A stretch of DNA of 64,000 nucleotides from Candidatus Woesearchaeota archaeon (GTDB taxonomy: Archaea > Nanobdellota > Nanobdellia > Pacearchaeales > GW2011-AR1), in the NCBI GenBank assembly GCA_964514585.1, contig CAZETU010000003.1, positions 80,813 through 144,812 of the forward strand, given 5' to 3'. The notes beneath the pieces are model-generated. The model was not told the DNA's origin. It saw only the letters and a program-made list of their open reading frames with translations, and did not search any database. The translations under genes were made by a program, and so were the position numbers. Every line of letters starts with the position of its first letter. Within the stretch, counting starts at the first letter, position 1. Positions 47,936 to 59,550 of the stretch are shown here, in pieces.

Positions 47936-49717
47936 ATGAAGATACAGTGGAATGATGATTTGAAACTGAAAGAATTTATCAATTTAGTGGAAGGAGAAAA
48001 AATATTCTTACCTGAATTCCAGAGACCTTTTGTTTGGGAAAAGTCCCAAATCAGATTATTAATAGATAGTATATATAACGACTATACAATAAACAGCGTT
48101 CTTTTTTGGCAAGGTGGAGATGAATTGGCAAGAAGACGTGTGGGAGGGAGCATAAATGAAATTCAGATTCCAAAAAAGGATTCTTCGGAGATTATTACAT
48201 ATTTATTAGATGGGCAACAAAGGGCTACGGCATTGCTTCTAACTTTTACAGATAAAGAAGTCTACAAGGGGAAAAATACCAAGAAGATTGAAAGAGTAGA
48301 ACTTTATTTTGATTCTAAATATGAAGAAGATAATCCTGAATTAAGATTTATATTTGATGATGAGCCTATTGATTATAAAGGAAATGAGATTTTTCTCAAA
48401 GATTTTTCTCAAAGGGAGATTATTGAGAAGTTTGGTGATAGATTTATTAGACTTAAGGATTGTTATCGTTATTTTAAAGAAGAGAGTTATAAATTTCTTA
48501 AAGAAAAAATAGAAGATAAAGATTTACTTTTAGAATATCATGATAAAATACAAAAATTGAAAGAGAGTATTCTTGATAGAAAAATTTATGACATAGAACA
48601 AAAGGGCGAATTAAAAATGGTTCTAGATGTCTTTGAAAGAATAAATACAAAAAATACAAAATTGAATATTTTTGATATAATGATTGCTAAAACTTATCGT
48701 ATGATTGACGATAGCAATTATTTTAGTTTAAGGAAATTTTTATCTATGATTAAATGTAGCTCGTCAATTTCATCGGATTATATGGAAAATTTAAAAAAGA
48801 TTGATTTGAGCGATTCAGATAAATCGATAGACGAAGTTACAATGCTTTTTCTTATGCTGATTATTCTAAAAAAGGAATTTAAACAAAAAGAAGTTTTGAA
48901 GTTAACAACAGATGATTTTTTAGATAATTTGAAAGAAATTCATTCCATTTATTTGAAAGTTTTGCGATATATGGAAAAATATAAAATTGATAAAGAGGAT
49001 TTATCTAAATTCAAACCCATAGTAAAATTTTTAGTAGCCTATATTTCTAATAATAAAGCTCTTGAATTAAAACAAGAGAAATTCTTAGAAAAATGGTTTT
49101 GGAACACAATTCTTTATAATCGTTATCCTGGGGCTCAGAATGAAAAAATAGAAAAAGATTTTATAATATCAAAAAATAATACTGAGGAAAAAGCTCTTGA
49201 AAAATATAGGAAAGATAGAACCAGAAATTTTAATTCAAATCATATAGATGCTCATTATGGTGAAAAAAATCAACTGTATAGCTCTCTTTTTATACTTCTT
49301 TTAGATAAAGGTCCTTTGGATTTTTATAATGGCATAGATGTTAAAAAGAAAAATTTATCGGGGGGCAAACTAGAAGAACATCATATCTTCCCAAAAAATT
49401 CTGAGATTGGTAAAAAAATAAATGAGAGTTTAAAAAATACAGATTATCCTAATTTAATTAATAATATTGCAAATATATCTTTAATAACTAAGGAAACAAA
49501 TAATAATAGAATAAAGAATAAAGACCCCAAAGAATATATTCTTGATTTTGAAAAAGAATACAAGAAGGAAGGTCTTTATGAGGATTTTATTAAGATAATG
49601 AATTCTCAATTTATTACTGAGAAAATGATTGATATGTTAAAAGAAAATAGATTTGAGGATTTTATTAATGCTAGATCTAACTTAATTAAAGAAAAAATAA
49701 ATGAGCTGTGTGATTAA
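47936..49717 (+). CDS. GmrSD-like type IV restriction protein (DUF262 + HNH/DUF1524)
   Basis: LPEFQRPFVWE, LLDGQQRAT, FERINT; C-terminal EEHHIFPK..NIANISLI. Confidence 0.85.
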   Translation: MKIQWNDDLKLKEFINLVEGEKIFLPEFQRPFVWEKSQIRLLIDSIYNDYTINSVLFWQGGDELARRRVGGSINEIQIPKKDSSEIITYLLDGQQRATALLLTFTDKEVYKGKNTKKIERVELYFDSKYEEDNPELRFIFDDEPIDYKGNEIFLKDFSQREIIEKFGDRFIRLKDCYRYFKEESYKFLKEKIEDKDLLLEYHDKIQKLKESILDRKIYDIEQKGELKMVLDVFERINTKNTKLNIFDIMIAKTYRMIDDSNYFSLRKFLSMIKCSSSISSDYMENLKKIDLSDSDKSIDEVTMLFLMLIILKKEFKQKEVLKLTTDDFLDNLKEIHSIYLKVLRYMEKYKIDKEDLSKFKPIVKFLVAYISNNKALELKQEKFLEKWFWNTILYNRYPGAQNEKIEKDFIISKNNTEEKALEKYRKDRTRNFNSNHIDAHYGEKNQLYSSLFILLLDKGPLDFYNGIDVKKKNLSGGKLEEHHIFPKNSEIGKKINESLKNTDYPNLINNIANISLITKETNNNRIKNKDPKEYILDFEKEYKKEGLYEDFIKIMNSQFITEKMIDMLKENRFEDFINARSNLIKEKINELCD

Positions 49718-49723
49718 ATTAAT

Positions 49724-51217
49724 ATGGCAAAAACAAATGGAGAAATTGAGAAAAGATTGTGGGATGCGGCAAATGATCTTAGGACGAACTCTGAATTAAG
49801 CGCAAACCAATATTCTGCGCCTGTCCTGGGTTTAATTTTTCTAAAACACGCTGACTATATCTTCGGAAAAGCAAAAAAAGAGATACAAAAAGAAAACCCC
49901 TCTCCAATGCACTTCCAAGAGAAAGGGGTTTTATATTTGCCAGAAGATGCAAGATACTCTAGATTACTTAGATTGGCAGAAGGAGACAATATCGGAGAGA
50001 AAATAAATAATGCCATGTCTTTGATAGAAAAAGAGAATCCTGGATTAAAAGATATTCTGCCAAAAAACTATACTATCTTTGAAAATGATTTATTGGCGAA
50101 TCTTTTGAAAACTTTTGATTTTGATATTCCTGAGGGAGATATTTTTGGAAAAATCTATGAATATTTTCTAGGTAAGTTTGCAATGAGTGAGGGCCAGGGT
50201 GGGGGAGAGTTCTATACTCCAACGTCTCTTGTTAAATTGATAGTAGAGGTTATTGAGCCATTCCATGGAAAAATTTTAGATCCAGCTTGTGGTAGTGGGG
50301 GGATGTTTGTTCAGAGTGCAAATTTTGTAAAAAAGAATCATAAGTCAGTAAACGATGAGCTTGCTTGTGATGGCCAGGAGAAGACGGGGAAAACGATTAA
50401 TTTGGCCAAGATGAATTTGGCAGTTAATGGGATTGAGGGAGATATCATTCAGGGAAATACTTTTTATGAAGATAATCATGATTCGGTTGGAAAGTATGAT
50501 TTTGTGATGGCTAATCCTCCGTTTAATGTTGATATGAGGAAAGTTGATCCTACTAAAGTTAAGGGAGACCCGCGATGGCCTTTGGGAGTTCCAACTTCTG
50601 GGAAGGCTAATTATTTATGGATTCAGGCTTTTTGGTCTGCGCTTAATGATAAGGGAAGGGCTGGTTTTGTTATGGCTAATTCTGCATCAGATGCTAGGGG
50701 AACAGATACGGAGATTAGGAAGGAGATGATTAAGAGAGATGCAGTTGATGTTATGATTGCTATTTCTGGAAACTTTTTTTATACAGTTACTTTGCCTTGT
50801 ACGCTTTGGTTTCTAGATAAGGGAAAGAAGGGTAGTGATAGAGAAGGAAAGGTTTTGTTTGTTGATGCGAGAGATATTTTTACACAAATTGACAGGGCAC
50901 ATAGGGAGTTTGGTCCAGATCAAATACAGGAAGTTGCAGAGATTGTAAGAAGCTATAGGAAGGAAGAAGGAGCGAAGGAATATTCTGATGTTAAGGGGCT
51001 TTGTAAAGTTGCGACAATTGGGGAAATTGAGGCACAGGGATGGAGCTTAAATCCTGGAAGATATGTTGGAGTTAAGGATAAAGAAGAAGCAGAAGATTTT
51101 GATTTTGAAGCGACACTGGAAGAGTATAGTGAAGAATTGCAAGGACTTAATATTGAGGCCAAAGAACTAGGAGAACAAATTAATATTAATGTGAGCAAAT
51201 TATTAGGGGTTAAATGA
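49724..51217 (+). CDS. hsdM: Type I RM methyltransferase subunit
   Basis: [37 protein letters not shown]. Confidence 0.95.
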   Translation: MAKTNGEIEKRLWDAANDLRTNSELSANQYSAPVLGLIFLKHADYIFGKAKKEIQKENPSPMHFQEKGVLYLPEDARYSRLLRLAEGDNIGEKINNAMSLIEKENPGLKDILPKNYTIFENDLLANLLKTFDFDIPEGDIFGKIYEYFLGKFAMSEGQGGGEFYTPTSLVKLIVEVIEPFHGKILDPACGSGGMFVQSANFVKKNHKSVNDELACDGQEKTGKTINLAKMNLAVNGIEGDIIQGNTFYEDNHDSVGKYDFVMANPPFNVDMRKVDPTKVKGDPRWPLGVPTSGKANYLWIQAFWSALNDKGRAGFVMANSASDARGTDTEIRKEMIKRDAVDVMIAISGNFFYTVTLPCTLWFLDKGKKGSDREGKVLFVDARDIFTQIDRAHREFGPDQIQEVAEIVRSYRKEEGAKEYSDVKGLCKVATIGEIEAQGWSLNPGRYVGVKDKEEAEDFDFEATLEEYSEELQGLNIEAKELGEQININVSKLLGVK

Positions 51218-51218
51218 A

Positions 51219-52496
51219 ATGAAAAGAATTAATTGCAATCTAATTGATGTTTGTACAAAAATAACTGATGGTGCACATTGGAGTCCAAAATCTGTAAAAG
51301 AAGGTATCCCAATGGCTTCTGTAAAAGACATGACAGATTTTGGATTTAATATCGAATCTTGCAGGAAAATTTCTGAAGAAGATTATAAGAAATTAGTTAA
51401 AAATGATTGTAAACCTCTAAAAAATGATATCTTGATAGCAAAAGATGGAAGTTATCTAAAGCATGTTTTTGTCTGGAAAGAAGAAAAAGATTTAGCAATA
51501 TTATCTTCAATTGCCATATTAAGGCCAAATTTAGAAAAGATAGATTCAGCCTATTTAGCAAAATATTTACAATCTCCTTTTGTAAAAAAGTCTATGGCTA
51601 ATTATGTTTCTGGAGCAGCAATACCTAGAATCATATTGAAAGATTTTAAACAATTTTCAATTTCAATTCCAAAAAAAATTAACGAACAAAAAAATATAGC
51701 AATAATTCTTTCAAATTATGATGGTTTAATAGAAAACAACGAGAAGAGAATTAAAGTTCTTGAGAATATTGCTAAGTTGATTTATGAAGAATGGTTTGTT
51801 AGGTTTAAGTTTCCAGGGCATGAAAAAGTGAAAATGATTGATAGTGAGACTGAGTTTGGCATAATTCCTGAGGGATGGAAAGTAAAACCATTTAGTGATT
51901 TTTGTTCAAAAATTACTGACGGGACCCATGAGGTAATAAAACCTGTGAAGGATGGTTTTTACATGGTTTCAGCAACAAACCTTAAAGATGGCTTTATTGA
52001 TTTTTCTAGAACTCATTTTATTTCTGAAAAAGATCATAAAAAAATAATGTTAAGAAGTAAGCCAGAAAAAGGAGACATCTTATTTTCTAAAATAGGGACA
52101 ATAGGGAATATTGCAGTAGTAAAACAAGATTTTGAATTTAGTATAAAAAATATTGCCTTGTTCAAACCCCTCTCTAATGAATTATCTTCTTTTATTTATT
52201 CTTATTTCAACAATGATTCTAATCTAGCAAATTTTTCTACTAAGGCTTCTGGAACTTCTCAAAAATTCTTTAGTTTAGCTTTCTTGAGGAATATGAACAT
52301 GGTCTATCCCGAAGAAAAAATAATTTTAAATTTTGACAGAGTAGTTTGTCCAATATTAGAACAAAGACACATCTTAAATAAAAAAAACCAAAACCTCAGA
52401 AAAACTAGAGATCTTTTATTGCCAAAACTTATTTCAGGAGAAATTGATGTAACAAAATTGGATATTAAACTAAATCAAGAAATAGTTAATACTTAA
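51219..52496 (+). CDS. hsdS: Type I RM specificity subunit
   Basis: Two TRDs (ITDGAH / ITDGTH); EQKNIAIILS; PEGW; RDLLLPKLISG. Confidence 0.93.
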   Translation: MKRINCNLIDVCTKITDGAHWSPKSVKEGIPMASVKDMTDFGFNIESCRKISEEDYKKLVKNDCKPLKNDILIAKDGSYLKHVFVWKEEKDLAILSSIAILRPNLEKIDSAYLAKYLQSPFVKKSMANYVSGAAIPRIILKDFKQFSISIPKKINEQKNIAIILSNYDGLIENNEKRIKVLENIAKLIYEEWFVRFKFPGHEKVKMIDSETEFGIIPEGWKVKPFSDFCSKITDGTHEVIKPVKDGFYMVSATNLKDGFIDFSRTHFISEKDHKKIMLRSKPEKGDILFSKIGTIGNIAVVKQDFEFSIKNIALFKPLSNELSSFIYSYFNNDSNLANFSTKASGTSQKFFSLAFLRNMNMVYPEEKIILNFDRVVCPILEQRHILNKKNQNLRKTRDLLLPKLISGEIDVTKLDIKLNQEIVNT

Positions 52497-52520
52497 AAAT
52501 ATCAAATACTTTAATATAAA

Positions 52521-55500
52521 ATGGCTAAAGAATACACTGAAGATGCGCTTGTTGAAAAAGAAGCAGTAAAATTTTTAACTGAAAAATTTAATTATTCTCA
52601 TCTTGATTGCTTTAAGGAGTTTGAAAAAGGAGAAAGCTTTCTTGGGAGGGAAAATGCCTCAGAAGTTATTTTGGTTTCTAAACTAAGAGAAGCTATTACA
52701 GCATTAAATCCTAAACTTCCAAGTGATGCAATTGAGCAAGCAATAATTGAAATAAAAAAGGACAGAAACAAAATGAGCCTATTTAATGCTAACAAAGAAG
52801 CCTACCATTTAATAAAAAATGGGGTTAAAGTTAAAGTTAAGATTAACAATAAGATAGAAGATAAAATTGTCAAGGTGATAGATTTTAATGATGCCTCAAA
52901 GAATGATTTTTTTATTGCAACTCAATTTTGGATTACGGGGGAAATTTATAAGAAAAGGCCTGATTTAATCTTATTTGTTAATGGTATACCTTTAGTCCTA
53001 ATGGAATTTAAGAGCACTCAGGTAAATCTTCAAAAAGCTTATACTGACAATATTACAGACTACAAAGATACGATACCTCAAATATTTAATTATAATTCAT
53101 TCATTTTAATTTCAAATGGATTAGATTCTAAGATTGGATCCCTGACTTCAGAATATGAGCATTATTCTAGCTGGAAAAAATTAAGTGAAGACGATAAGCC
53201 ATCAACTTTTTTAGATAAAGCCTTACTTGGAAGCTGTTCTCCTGAAAATGTTCTTGATTTGTTTGAAAATTTTACTTTATTCACTTCAATTAACAATAAG
53301 CCTGTTAAAATAACTGCGAAAAATCATCAATTTTTGGGAGTTAATAATTCTGTTGAATCTTTCAAGAAAAGAAAGGAGAATAAAGGAAGGCTGGGAGTGT
53401 TTTGGCATACTCAAGGTTCTGGAAAAAGTTTTTCTATGTTATTTTTTGCCCAAAAGATATTAAGAAAGTTTGAGGGAAATTATACCTTTGTTGTTACAAC
53501 AGATAGAGATGAATTAGATACTCAAATCTATAAAAATTTTCAGAATGCGGGGGTTGTAACCGAAGAAGATGTTCAAGCAAAAAGCGGGAAACATCTTAAA
53601 GAATTATTAAAAGAAAACCATAGAATGATTTTCACGCTAATTCATAAATTTAACACTAAGAAAGGGGAAACTTATCCTGAGATTTCCGATCGTGATGATA
53701 TAATTATTATGACTGATGAAGCCCACAGAACACAATATGACACCTTGGCTTTAAACATGAGAACTGCGCTTCCAAATGCTTCTTTTATTGGATTTACTGG
53801 AACACCTCTTATGAAAAAGGGAGAGGAAAGAACTAAGGATACTTTCGGAGAGTATGTTAGTGAGTATAATTTTAGGGATTCGGTAGATGATAAAGCAACG
53901 GTTCCATTGTATTATGAGAATAGGGTTCCAGAGTTACAATTAATTAACCCGAGCTTGAATGATGAGATTTATGAAGTGATTGATGATGCAGATCTTTCGG
54001 AAAAGGAAACTGAAAAGTTAGAGAAAAGGTTGGGCTCAAATTATGATATCATAACTCGAGAAGATAGACTGAATATTATTGCTGAAGATATCGTTAATCA
54101 TTTTTTAGGAAGGGGTTATTCTGGAAAGGCGATGGTACTTTCTATAGACAAGTTCACAACAGTAAGAATGCATGATAAAGTGAGATATCATTTTGACAAG
54201 AGATTTGAAGCGCTAAAAATAAAGTTGAGAGATTCTGAGCCAGAATATCATGAAGAGATAAAGGCAAAAATTAAAGAAATCAAGGATTTGGACATGGCGG
54301 TGATTATTAGTTCTGAACAAAATGAAATAAAGAAATTTTCCGACAAGGGTTTACAAATAAAATCTCATCGAGAGAGAATGGTTAAGGAAGATTTGGCGGA
54401 AGAGTTCAAAAAAACAAAAAGTTCACTAAAGATAGTATTCGTTTGTAACATGTGGATTACTGGTTTTGATGCTCCTTCTGTTTCTACGATGTATCTTGAT
54501 AAGCCTATGAAAAATCATACTTTAATGCAAGCGATTGCTAGAGCGAATAGAGTTTTCGAAGATAAGCAGGGCGGATTTATTGTAGATTACATAAATGTCT
54601 TCAAAAATTTAAAAGAGGCCTTGGCTATTTATGCTTCTTCTAGGGACGGGTCAACTGAAATTCCTATTGAATCAAAAGAAAAGTTATTTGAGGCCCTTAA
54701 AGAATATTTTACGGAATTTAAAAAATTCCTCAATAAGAACAAAGTTGATTTGAAAAAAATAGAACTTTCAAAGGGGATGGAGAAATATGGCCCTTTAAAT
54801 GAAGCAATTTCTAACTTAGTTGCAAGTGAAGAAATTAAAAAAGATTTTTTAACAAAGGCTGGAAATGCCGTTAAAATATACAAGGCAATTTTACCACATA
54901 AACAAGCCTCAGAATTTACAAAAGAAATAGAAATAATTAAGGTTTTGACTAAGATGATTTATTCTTTAGATCCCGAAGTAGATATAACATCTGTAGTTAG
55001 GGATATTAGAGAAGTTCTGGATCTTTCTATTTCTTCTAAAGGATATTTAATTAACAAAGAAGGACAAGACGATTTGATTAATATAGGGGACATCGATTTC
55101 GAGAAATTGTCTGAGAAATTCAACAAAAACAGAGATAACTCCCAACTTGAAAGGTTGAAAAATATCCTATCATTCAGATTAAAAGAATTAATGCAACTTA
55201 ATGATACTCGTGTTGATTTTCAAGAAAGATTTGAGGAAATTATTAAGGAATATAATTCTTCTTCTAAAAATAATGATAAATATTTTGAAGCTCTGAAGAA
55301 GTTCTCTAAAGATTTGGCCAAAGAGGAGAAAAGGTATGTAGAGGAAGGATTGTCTGAAGAAGAATTGGCAATTTATGATAAACTTAAGAAAGAAAAATTA
55401 TCCGATGCAGAATTAAAGAAGATAAAGAAGTTATCGAAAGATTTGCTTAAAAAATTAATTCCTAAGAAAGTAGTTTTAGAGTGGAAGAAAAAGAGGCAAT

Positions 55501-55658
55501 CTTTAGCTTCGGTTCACATAACCATTCAAGATGAATTAGAAAAACTTCCAGAGAGCTATACCCCTGAAGATCGGAAGGAAAAGGAATTGGTTGTTTTCCA
55601 GCATGTTTATGATCATTATTCTGGAGACAAAAAGAATGTTTATTTAATTAATAAATAG
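52521..55658 (+). CDS. hsdR: Type I RM restriction subunit
   Basis: RPDLILFVNGIPLVLMEFK, HTQGSGKS, DEAHR, FTGTP, MQAIARANR. Confidence 0.95.
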   Translation: MAKEYTEDALVEKEAVKFLTEKFNYSHLDCFKEFEKGESFLGRENASEVILVSKLREAITALNPKLPSDAIEQAIIEIKKDRNKMSLFNANKEAYHLIKNGVKVKVKINNKIEDKIVKVIDFNDASKNDFFIATQFWITGEIYKKRPDLILFVNGIPLVLMEFKSTQVNLQKAYTDNITDYKDTIPQIFNYNSFILISNGLDSKIGSLTSEYEHYSSWKKLSEDDKPSTFLDKALLGSCSPENVLDLFENFTLFTSINNKPVKITAKNHQFLGVNNSVESFKKRKENKGRLGVFWHTQGSGKSFSMLFFAQKILRKFEGNYTFVVTTDRDELDTQIYKNFQNAGVVTEEDVQAKSGKHLKELLKENHRMIFTLIHKFNTKKGETYPEISDRDDIIIMTDEAHRTQYDTLALNMRTALPNASFIGFTGTPLMKKGEERTKDTFGEYVSEYNFRDSVDDKATVPLYYENRVPELQLINPSLNDEIYEVIDDADLSEKETEKLEKRLGSNYDIITREDRLNIIAEDIVNHFLGRGYSGKAMVLSIDKFTTVRMHDKVRYHFDKRFEALKIKLRDSEPEYHEEIKAKIKEIKDLDMAVIISSEQNEIKKFSDKGLQIKSHRERMVKEDLAEEFKKTKSSLKIVFVCNMWITGFDAPSVSTMYLDKPMKNHTLMQAIARANRVFEDKQGGFIVDYINVFKNLKEALAIYASSRDGSTEIPIESKEKLFEALKEYFTEFKKFLNKNKVDLKKIELSKGMEKYGPLNEAISNLVASEEIKKDFLTKAGNAVKIYKAILPHKQASEFTKEIEIIKVLTKMIYSLDPEVDITSVVRDIREVLDLSISSKGYLINKEGQDDLINIGDIDFEKLSEKFNKNRDNSQLERLKNILSFRLKELMQLNDTRVDFQERFEEIIKEYNSSSKNNDKYFEALKKFSKDLAKEEKRYVEEGLSEEELAIYDKLKKEKLSDAELKKIKKLSKDLLKKLIPKKVVLEWKKKRQSLASVHITIQDELEKLPESYTPEDRKEKELVVFQHVYDHYSGDKKNVYLINK

Positions 55659-55897
55659 ATTTAAGGGTATTTTTATAATTTTTTTGGGTTGTTGTGTGGT
55701 TGAGAATATGGAAAGGGGAAAAAGAAGATAAATTAATAGCTTTGACCTATCCGTCTTATTCTAAAAAGGCTAACCTTTGGAAGCCTTTGTTCAAACCTTT
55801 TTTTCATGCGTGAAATTTATTAATTTTCGACCTACCCTTTTTCTTAGCTGTATGGACCAATAACTAAATATATAAATCAGACTCACATAACATAAAT

Positions 55898-57211
55898 ATG
55901 AGACAACTTTTTAATCCATTCGGTAAAAAATTTAGTGAGGTGAAAAAAGAAGATTTAGAAATTCTTAAATCTGTAGCAGAAGGCTGGAATATAGAATATA
56001 AAAGCCAAAAACCAAACGCTAGAGATATTTCAAAATCAATCTCATCATTCGCAAATTCACATGGGGGAATTTATTTCGTGGGGATAGAAGAAGATGGAAA
56101 AACAAATTGTGCAAAAAATATTCTTGGGGTGTCAGACTCACCAGATGACATTAGAGACGCTGTTCAAGGAAACTTACAACCATTCCCTTTTTTTGAAACG
56201 TTTTCTATTAATTTGGAGAATGACAAAAAAGTTTTAATGGCAGTGGTTCCAAGTGGAGAAAACACACCCTATATAAATTCAAACGGGAAAATTTACAGGA
56301 GGCAGGCTTCGGCTTCAGACCCGATAACTTCAGAAAGTAATAGGTTTGCTATTGATGAGCTCTATAGGAGAGCGAAAAATTATGAAAAAGGAATTGAAAA
56401 ATTTAGAAACTCGGAATTTACATTTTGTAATTTGGAGAATGATACCCCCTACTTGGAAATTTATGCCAATACCATACCATTTAACCATTTTGTAATAAAA
56501 GATTTTTTTAAAGAAGAGGTTATGGGTGCACTTTTAAATCAGTTCAATGGAGAGGTTAAGATTGAAGAAAAAAAAGAGGATGGAAGTATCTTAATATCGT
56601 TTACTTCAAATATAAAATTTGATTCTATACAAACCTATTCGGAGAGTATATCAATTAGAAATTTAGAGAATCAAGATTTAGCTTATAACGGATTAACCAT
56701 CGAGATAGATATTTCTGGGAATCTTAAGTTGCTAATTCCGTTGAATAAACAAATTGGTTTCTCGGGAGCATTTGGAGAAAGGTTTTCTAAGGTTTTGAAA
56801 AAATCAAATGAAGATTCTATTTCATCCATAAATTTTCTTGATACAAGACATATTTTTGGCTCTATCTTAGCATTGGTTAATAGATATGTTGACTATCTTG
56901 AACAAAGTGGGTATACTGATAAGTTAGAATTTAAGATGAGGCTAAGAAATTGCTGGAGAACTAGTTTGTATATTGACAGTGAAAAGTTTATTGAATATGT
57001 AGAAAAGTTTGGGGTGCCTATTTGCATGAAATCAGAACAAGATTTCCCAAAATTTCCCAGCTTAATAGATATTCAGGATATTAAAAATAGTCCAATTATT
57101 CAAACGGCTAGTTTATTCTCCCACGTTGCAAACTCACTAGGAGTTTGTTCAAATACCGCCTTCCTTTCTGTCATAGAAGAGATTCAGACGAATCCTCAAT
57201 CGAATTCATAG
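55898..57211 (+). CDS. AlbA_2 / Schlafen-like domain protein
   Basis: EGWNIEYKS, ISSFANSHGGIYFVGI, IYRRQ. Confidence 0.8.
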   Translation: MRQLFNPFGKKFSEVKKEDLEILKSVAEGWNIEYKSQKPNARDISKSISSFANSHGGIYFVGIEEDGKTNCAKNILGVSDSPDDIRDAVQGNLQPFPFFETFSINLENDKKVLMAVVPSGENTPYINSNGKIYRRQASASDPITSESNRFAIDELYRRAKNYEKGIEKFRNSEFTFCNLENDTPYLEIYANTIPFNHFVIKDFFKEEVMGALLNQFNGEVKIEEKKEDGSILISFTSNIKFDSIQTYSESISIRNLENQDLAYNGLTIEIDISGNLKLLIPLNKQIGFSGAFGERFSKVLKKSNEDSISSINFLDTRHIFGSILALVNRYVDYLEQSGYTDKLEFKMRLRNCWRTSLYIDSEKFIEYVEKFGVPICMKSEQDFPKFPSLIDIQDIKNSPIIQTASLFSHVANSLGVCSNTAFLSVIEEIQTNPQSNS

Positions 57212-58581
57212 AGGTCTCTCTTCTCTGTGAATTTGCTTTTATCTTCCATCATTTTTTTAATTTCTTCTGGAAGATTCTCATCGTCAAATTTAACATCTCC
57301 TTCCATTGCGCAAAAATTATGATTAATCGTCCCATTGGCATAATGATTTTCAGAAACTCCAATAATTTTATCGACATTATGTTTATTCTTCATTAATGCA
57401 GTGTAAAATTTTAACATTTCCTCATTTGTTTTTGCATCTTGATTTTTTCTTGAGAAGATAAATAGATAATTGTGACCCTCCCCTAAACTAATAAATGGAG
57501 CTCTGAAATCTTGTCTCCCAAAAATAAAATCCTTATAAGCTGGAAGGATACTCTCGGCTATTAGCCTCCTTTGAAAACGATTTAGATTGATTAACTCTAC
57601 TAAAAATTTATCATTACTCTGGGGGGCTGTGGGTAAGATTTTATTTATTATCTCATCAATAAAATAGCTATCCTTATTTTTTTCAGTCCGTCGTTTCAAT
57701 TTCTTTGATAATTCTCCCGTTCCTAGACTTTCCTCAAAATCATCCGTAATTACTACCATTGATGACTTGTCAAATTCTTCACGAGTCATTTCTGCCGGAA
57801 TCATAGTTCTATTTGTGGAGAAAAAATAGCCGAGTATTTGCCGTTCGCTTAGAAGGGGAGCATTTTTCTGAACTAAAATTCTTCTCTTGTCTAAATATTC
57901 CAGAAACTCGGGGAGAGTGTCATTAAATTCTATAATTTTTGAAAGTTCTTGATAGGTTAAAATGTTAGGAATTTCGTCCTTATTTCTCAGATTAATTGTG
58001 TTCCCTTTGGTTATGAAATGGTCTTTATCTGCATGAAAATAAGAAACACAAACTCCAATTACTTTTTTTATATCTTCAGATTTAATTTCTATCTCTTTGC
58101 CTAAATTATTATAAAATTTCTTTTTGTATTCATCTCTTCTTGCCCAATTAATTGTAGTTTCTAATTGGCTTATTGCTTTATCTATACATCTCCTTTTGAA
58201 TCTGTCAAATTCTTCTATTTTAGTATAGTCTTTGGTTTTTGATTGAAACACTACAAGTGTCCCATCAAAGAAAATCATATTATCACAAAATTCATCCCCA
58301 TTTTCTAGCTTCGGATTAAGAAATAAGAATTTGTTATAGACTAACTTGCCGAGTAATTCATTGATTTTATTTTCCTGGGTATCCCCAAAATCTGTCAATG
58401 AAATATAATCCTCTTCTAACCGATGTAATTTATTTCTACCGATTAATTTTTTTATGCTCTTTGAAACAGTCCCCTCTTCTAAATCTAAATTCTTCACCAT
58501 ATCCTTGATAAGAGATTCCTCTTTTGCAATCCCCCCATTTTCAAAGAGAAGATCAATTAAGATTGGTTCTAATGTTCCCAT
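57196..58581 (-). CDS. Hypothetical protein with N-terminal wHTH and NERD/PD-(D/E)xK-like nuclease motif
   Basis: EFCDNMIFFDGTLVVFQSK; AISQL. Confidence 0.55.
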   Translation of the reverse strand: MGTLEPILIDLLFENGGIAKEESLIKDMVKNLDLEEGTVSKSIKKLIGRNKLHRLEEDYISLTDFGDTQENKINELLGKLVYNKFLFLNPKLENGDEFCDNMIFFDGTLVVFQSKTKDYTKIEEFDRFKRRCIDKAISQLETTINWARRDEYKKKFYNNLGKEIEIKSEDIKKVIGVCVSYFHADKDHFITKGNTINLRNKDEIPNILTYQELSKIIEFNDTLPEFLEYLDKRRILVQKNAPLLSERQILGYFFSTNRTMIPAEMTREEFDKSSMVVITDDFEESLGTGELSKKLKRRTEKNKDSYFIDEIINKILPTAPQSNDKFLVELINLNRFQRRLIAESILPAYKDFIFGRQDFRAPFISLGEGHNYLFIFSRKNQDAKTNEEMLKFYTALMKNKHNVDKIIGVSENHYANGTINHNFCAMEGDVKFDDENLPEEIKKMMEDKSKFTEKRDLYEFD

Positions 58582-58623
58582 ATAAAAAATAAACGGAGGG
58601 GATATAATAATCTATCTTAAATA

Positions 58624-58982
58624 CTAATAATTTCTACACTTATTCGGCACTCTTCCTAAATGCACCTTTCCGCAAACTTTACAGATTGCCTTGGGGTCAT
58701 TTAATCTTTTTCGCATTCCACTTTGGACCTTGTAAGAAACCACCTTAGAGTTCCATTCAGCCATCAAGAAGCCTAAAGCACACTTGAACCATCACCTGGT
58801 AAGGCTGTATCAACTTCTCCCTCAGCCATACTTGTTACAGTGCATTTTTCAGATACTTCTTTCATCGTTTTGAGCCCATCTTCAATACGCCGACTCCATC
58901 GAGTTAAATCTTCCACTATAATCCTCTGTATGCGGTTTGCTCTAACTTCTCTTAACATCTTACAGAAGGAGGGCCTGGTATA
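58624..58982 (-). pseudogene. Small serine recombinase (resolvase-like) with a C-terminal Zn ribbon; 5' end lost and internal frameshift
   Basis: RPSFCKML..IIVEDLTRWSR..VDTALP, then in another frame WFKCALGFLMAEWNSKVVSYKVQSGM..CKVCGKVH. Confidence 0.75.
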
Positions 58983-59283
58983 AAAAGTTATTTTTAAAGT
59001 GAAATATCCTTTTGTTTTTCAAGAATTTTCTTTCCGTGTTCACTTATCTTGTAAATCTTAGATTTTCTAGCTTCATTTATTATAACGAACCATACAAAAA
59101 CATATAACCAAAACACAAATAGTCTGATTCATAATGGAAAATGAAATGAAAAAAATAAGAAACAATCAGGAATTTCTAAATCTTTGTAGGTCTCTAAAAA
59201 TAAATGGAATAGTCAAATCAAGAGAGGAATATCTCAAATTAATGATAAATATAACAAAGGATTATTTCGCTAAAAAAAGACTT

Positions 59284-59550
59284 CTAAGGGCACACATTAG
59301 GAAGTTCTCTCAAAATTTCTCGTCCTAACCGGGTTATAGAATAAAATTTAAATGCACGATCCTCAGGATTTTTACAAATAGCCAATTTTTTATCACATAG
59401 TTCTCCTATAGTTCGAGATGTATGCGCCTTGTACATTTTTGTTATTCTCATTATCTCAGGTTGACTTATTTGTTTTTCTAATAATAATTTTAGAACTTCT
59501 CTCCTTCGCTTACTTCGGGCAATAAAACTGATAATTGTTGGATCAACCAT
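59284..59550 (-). CDS. Winged-HTH transcriptional regulator
   Basis: SKRRREVLKLL..EIMRIT..SRTIGELCDKKL..YSITRLG. Confidence 0.8.
   Translation of the reverse strand: MVDPTIISFIARSKRRREVLKLLLEKQISQPEIMRITKMYKAHTSRTIGELCDKKLAICKNPEDRAFKFYSITRLGREILRELPNVCP

Noticed and set aside
55660-55890. Intergenic gap that might hold an ncRNA or a 24-aa ORF
   Set aside because: No convincing structure, repeat or RBS was seen.
59134-59328. 64-aa plus-strand ORF
   Set aside because: No motif; it overlaps the wHTH gene end and lies in a decayed region.
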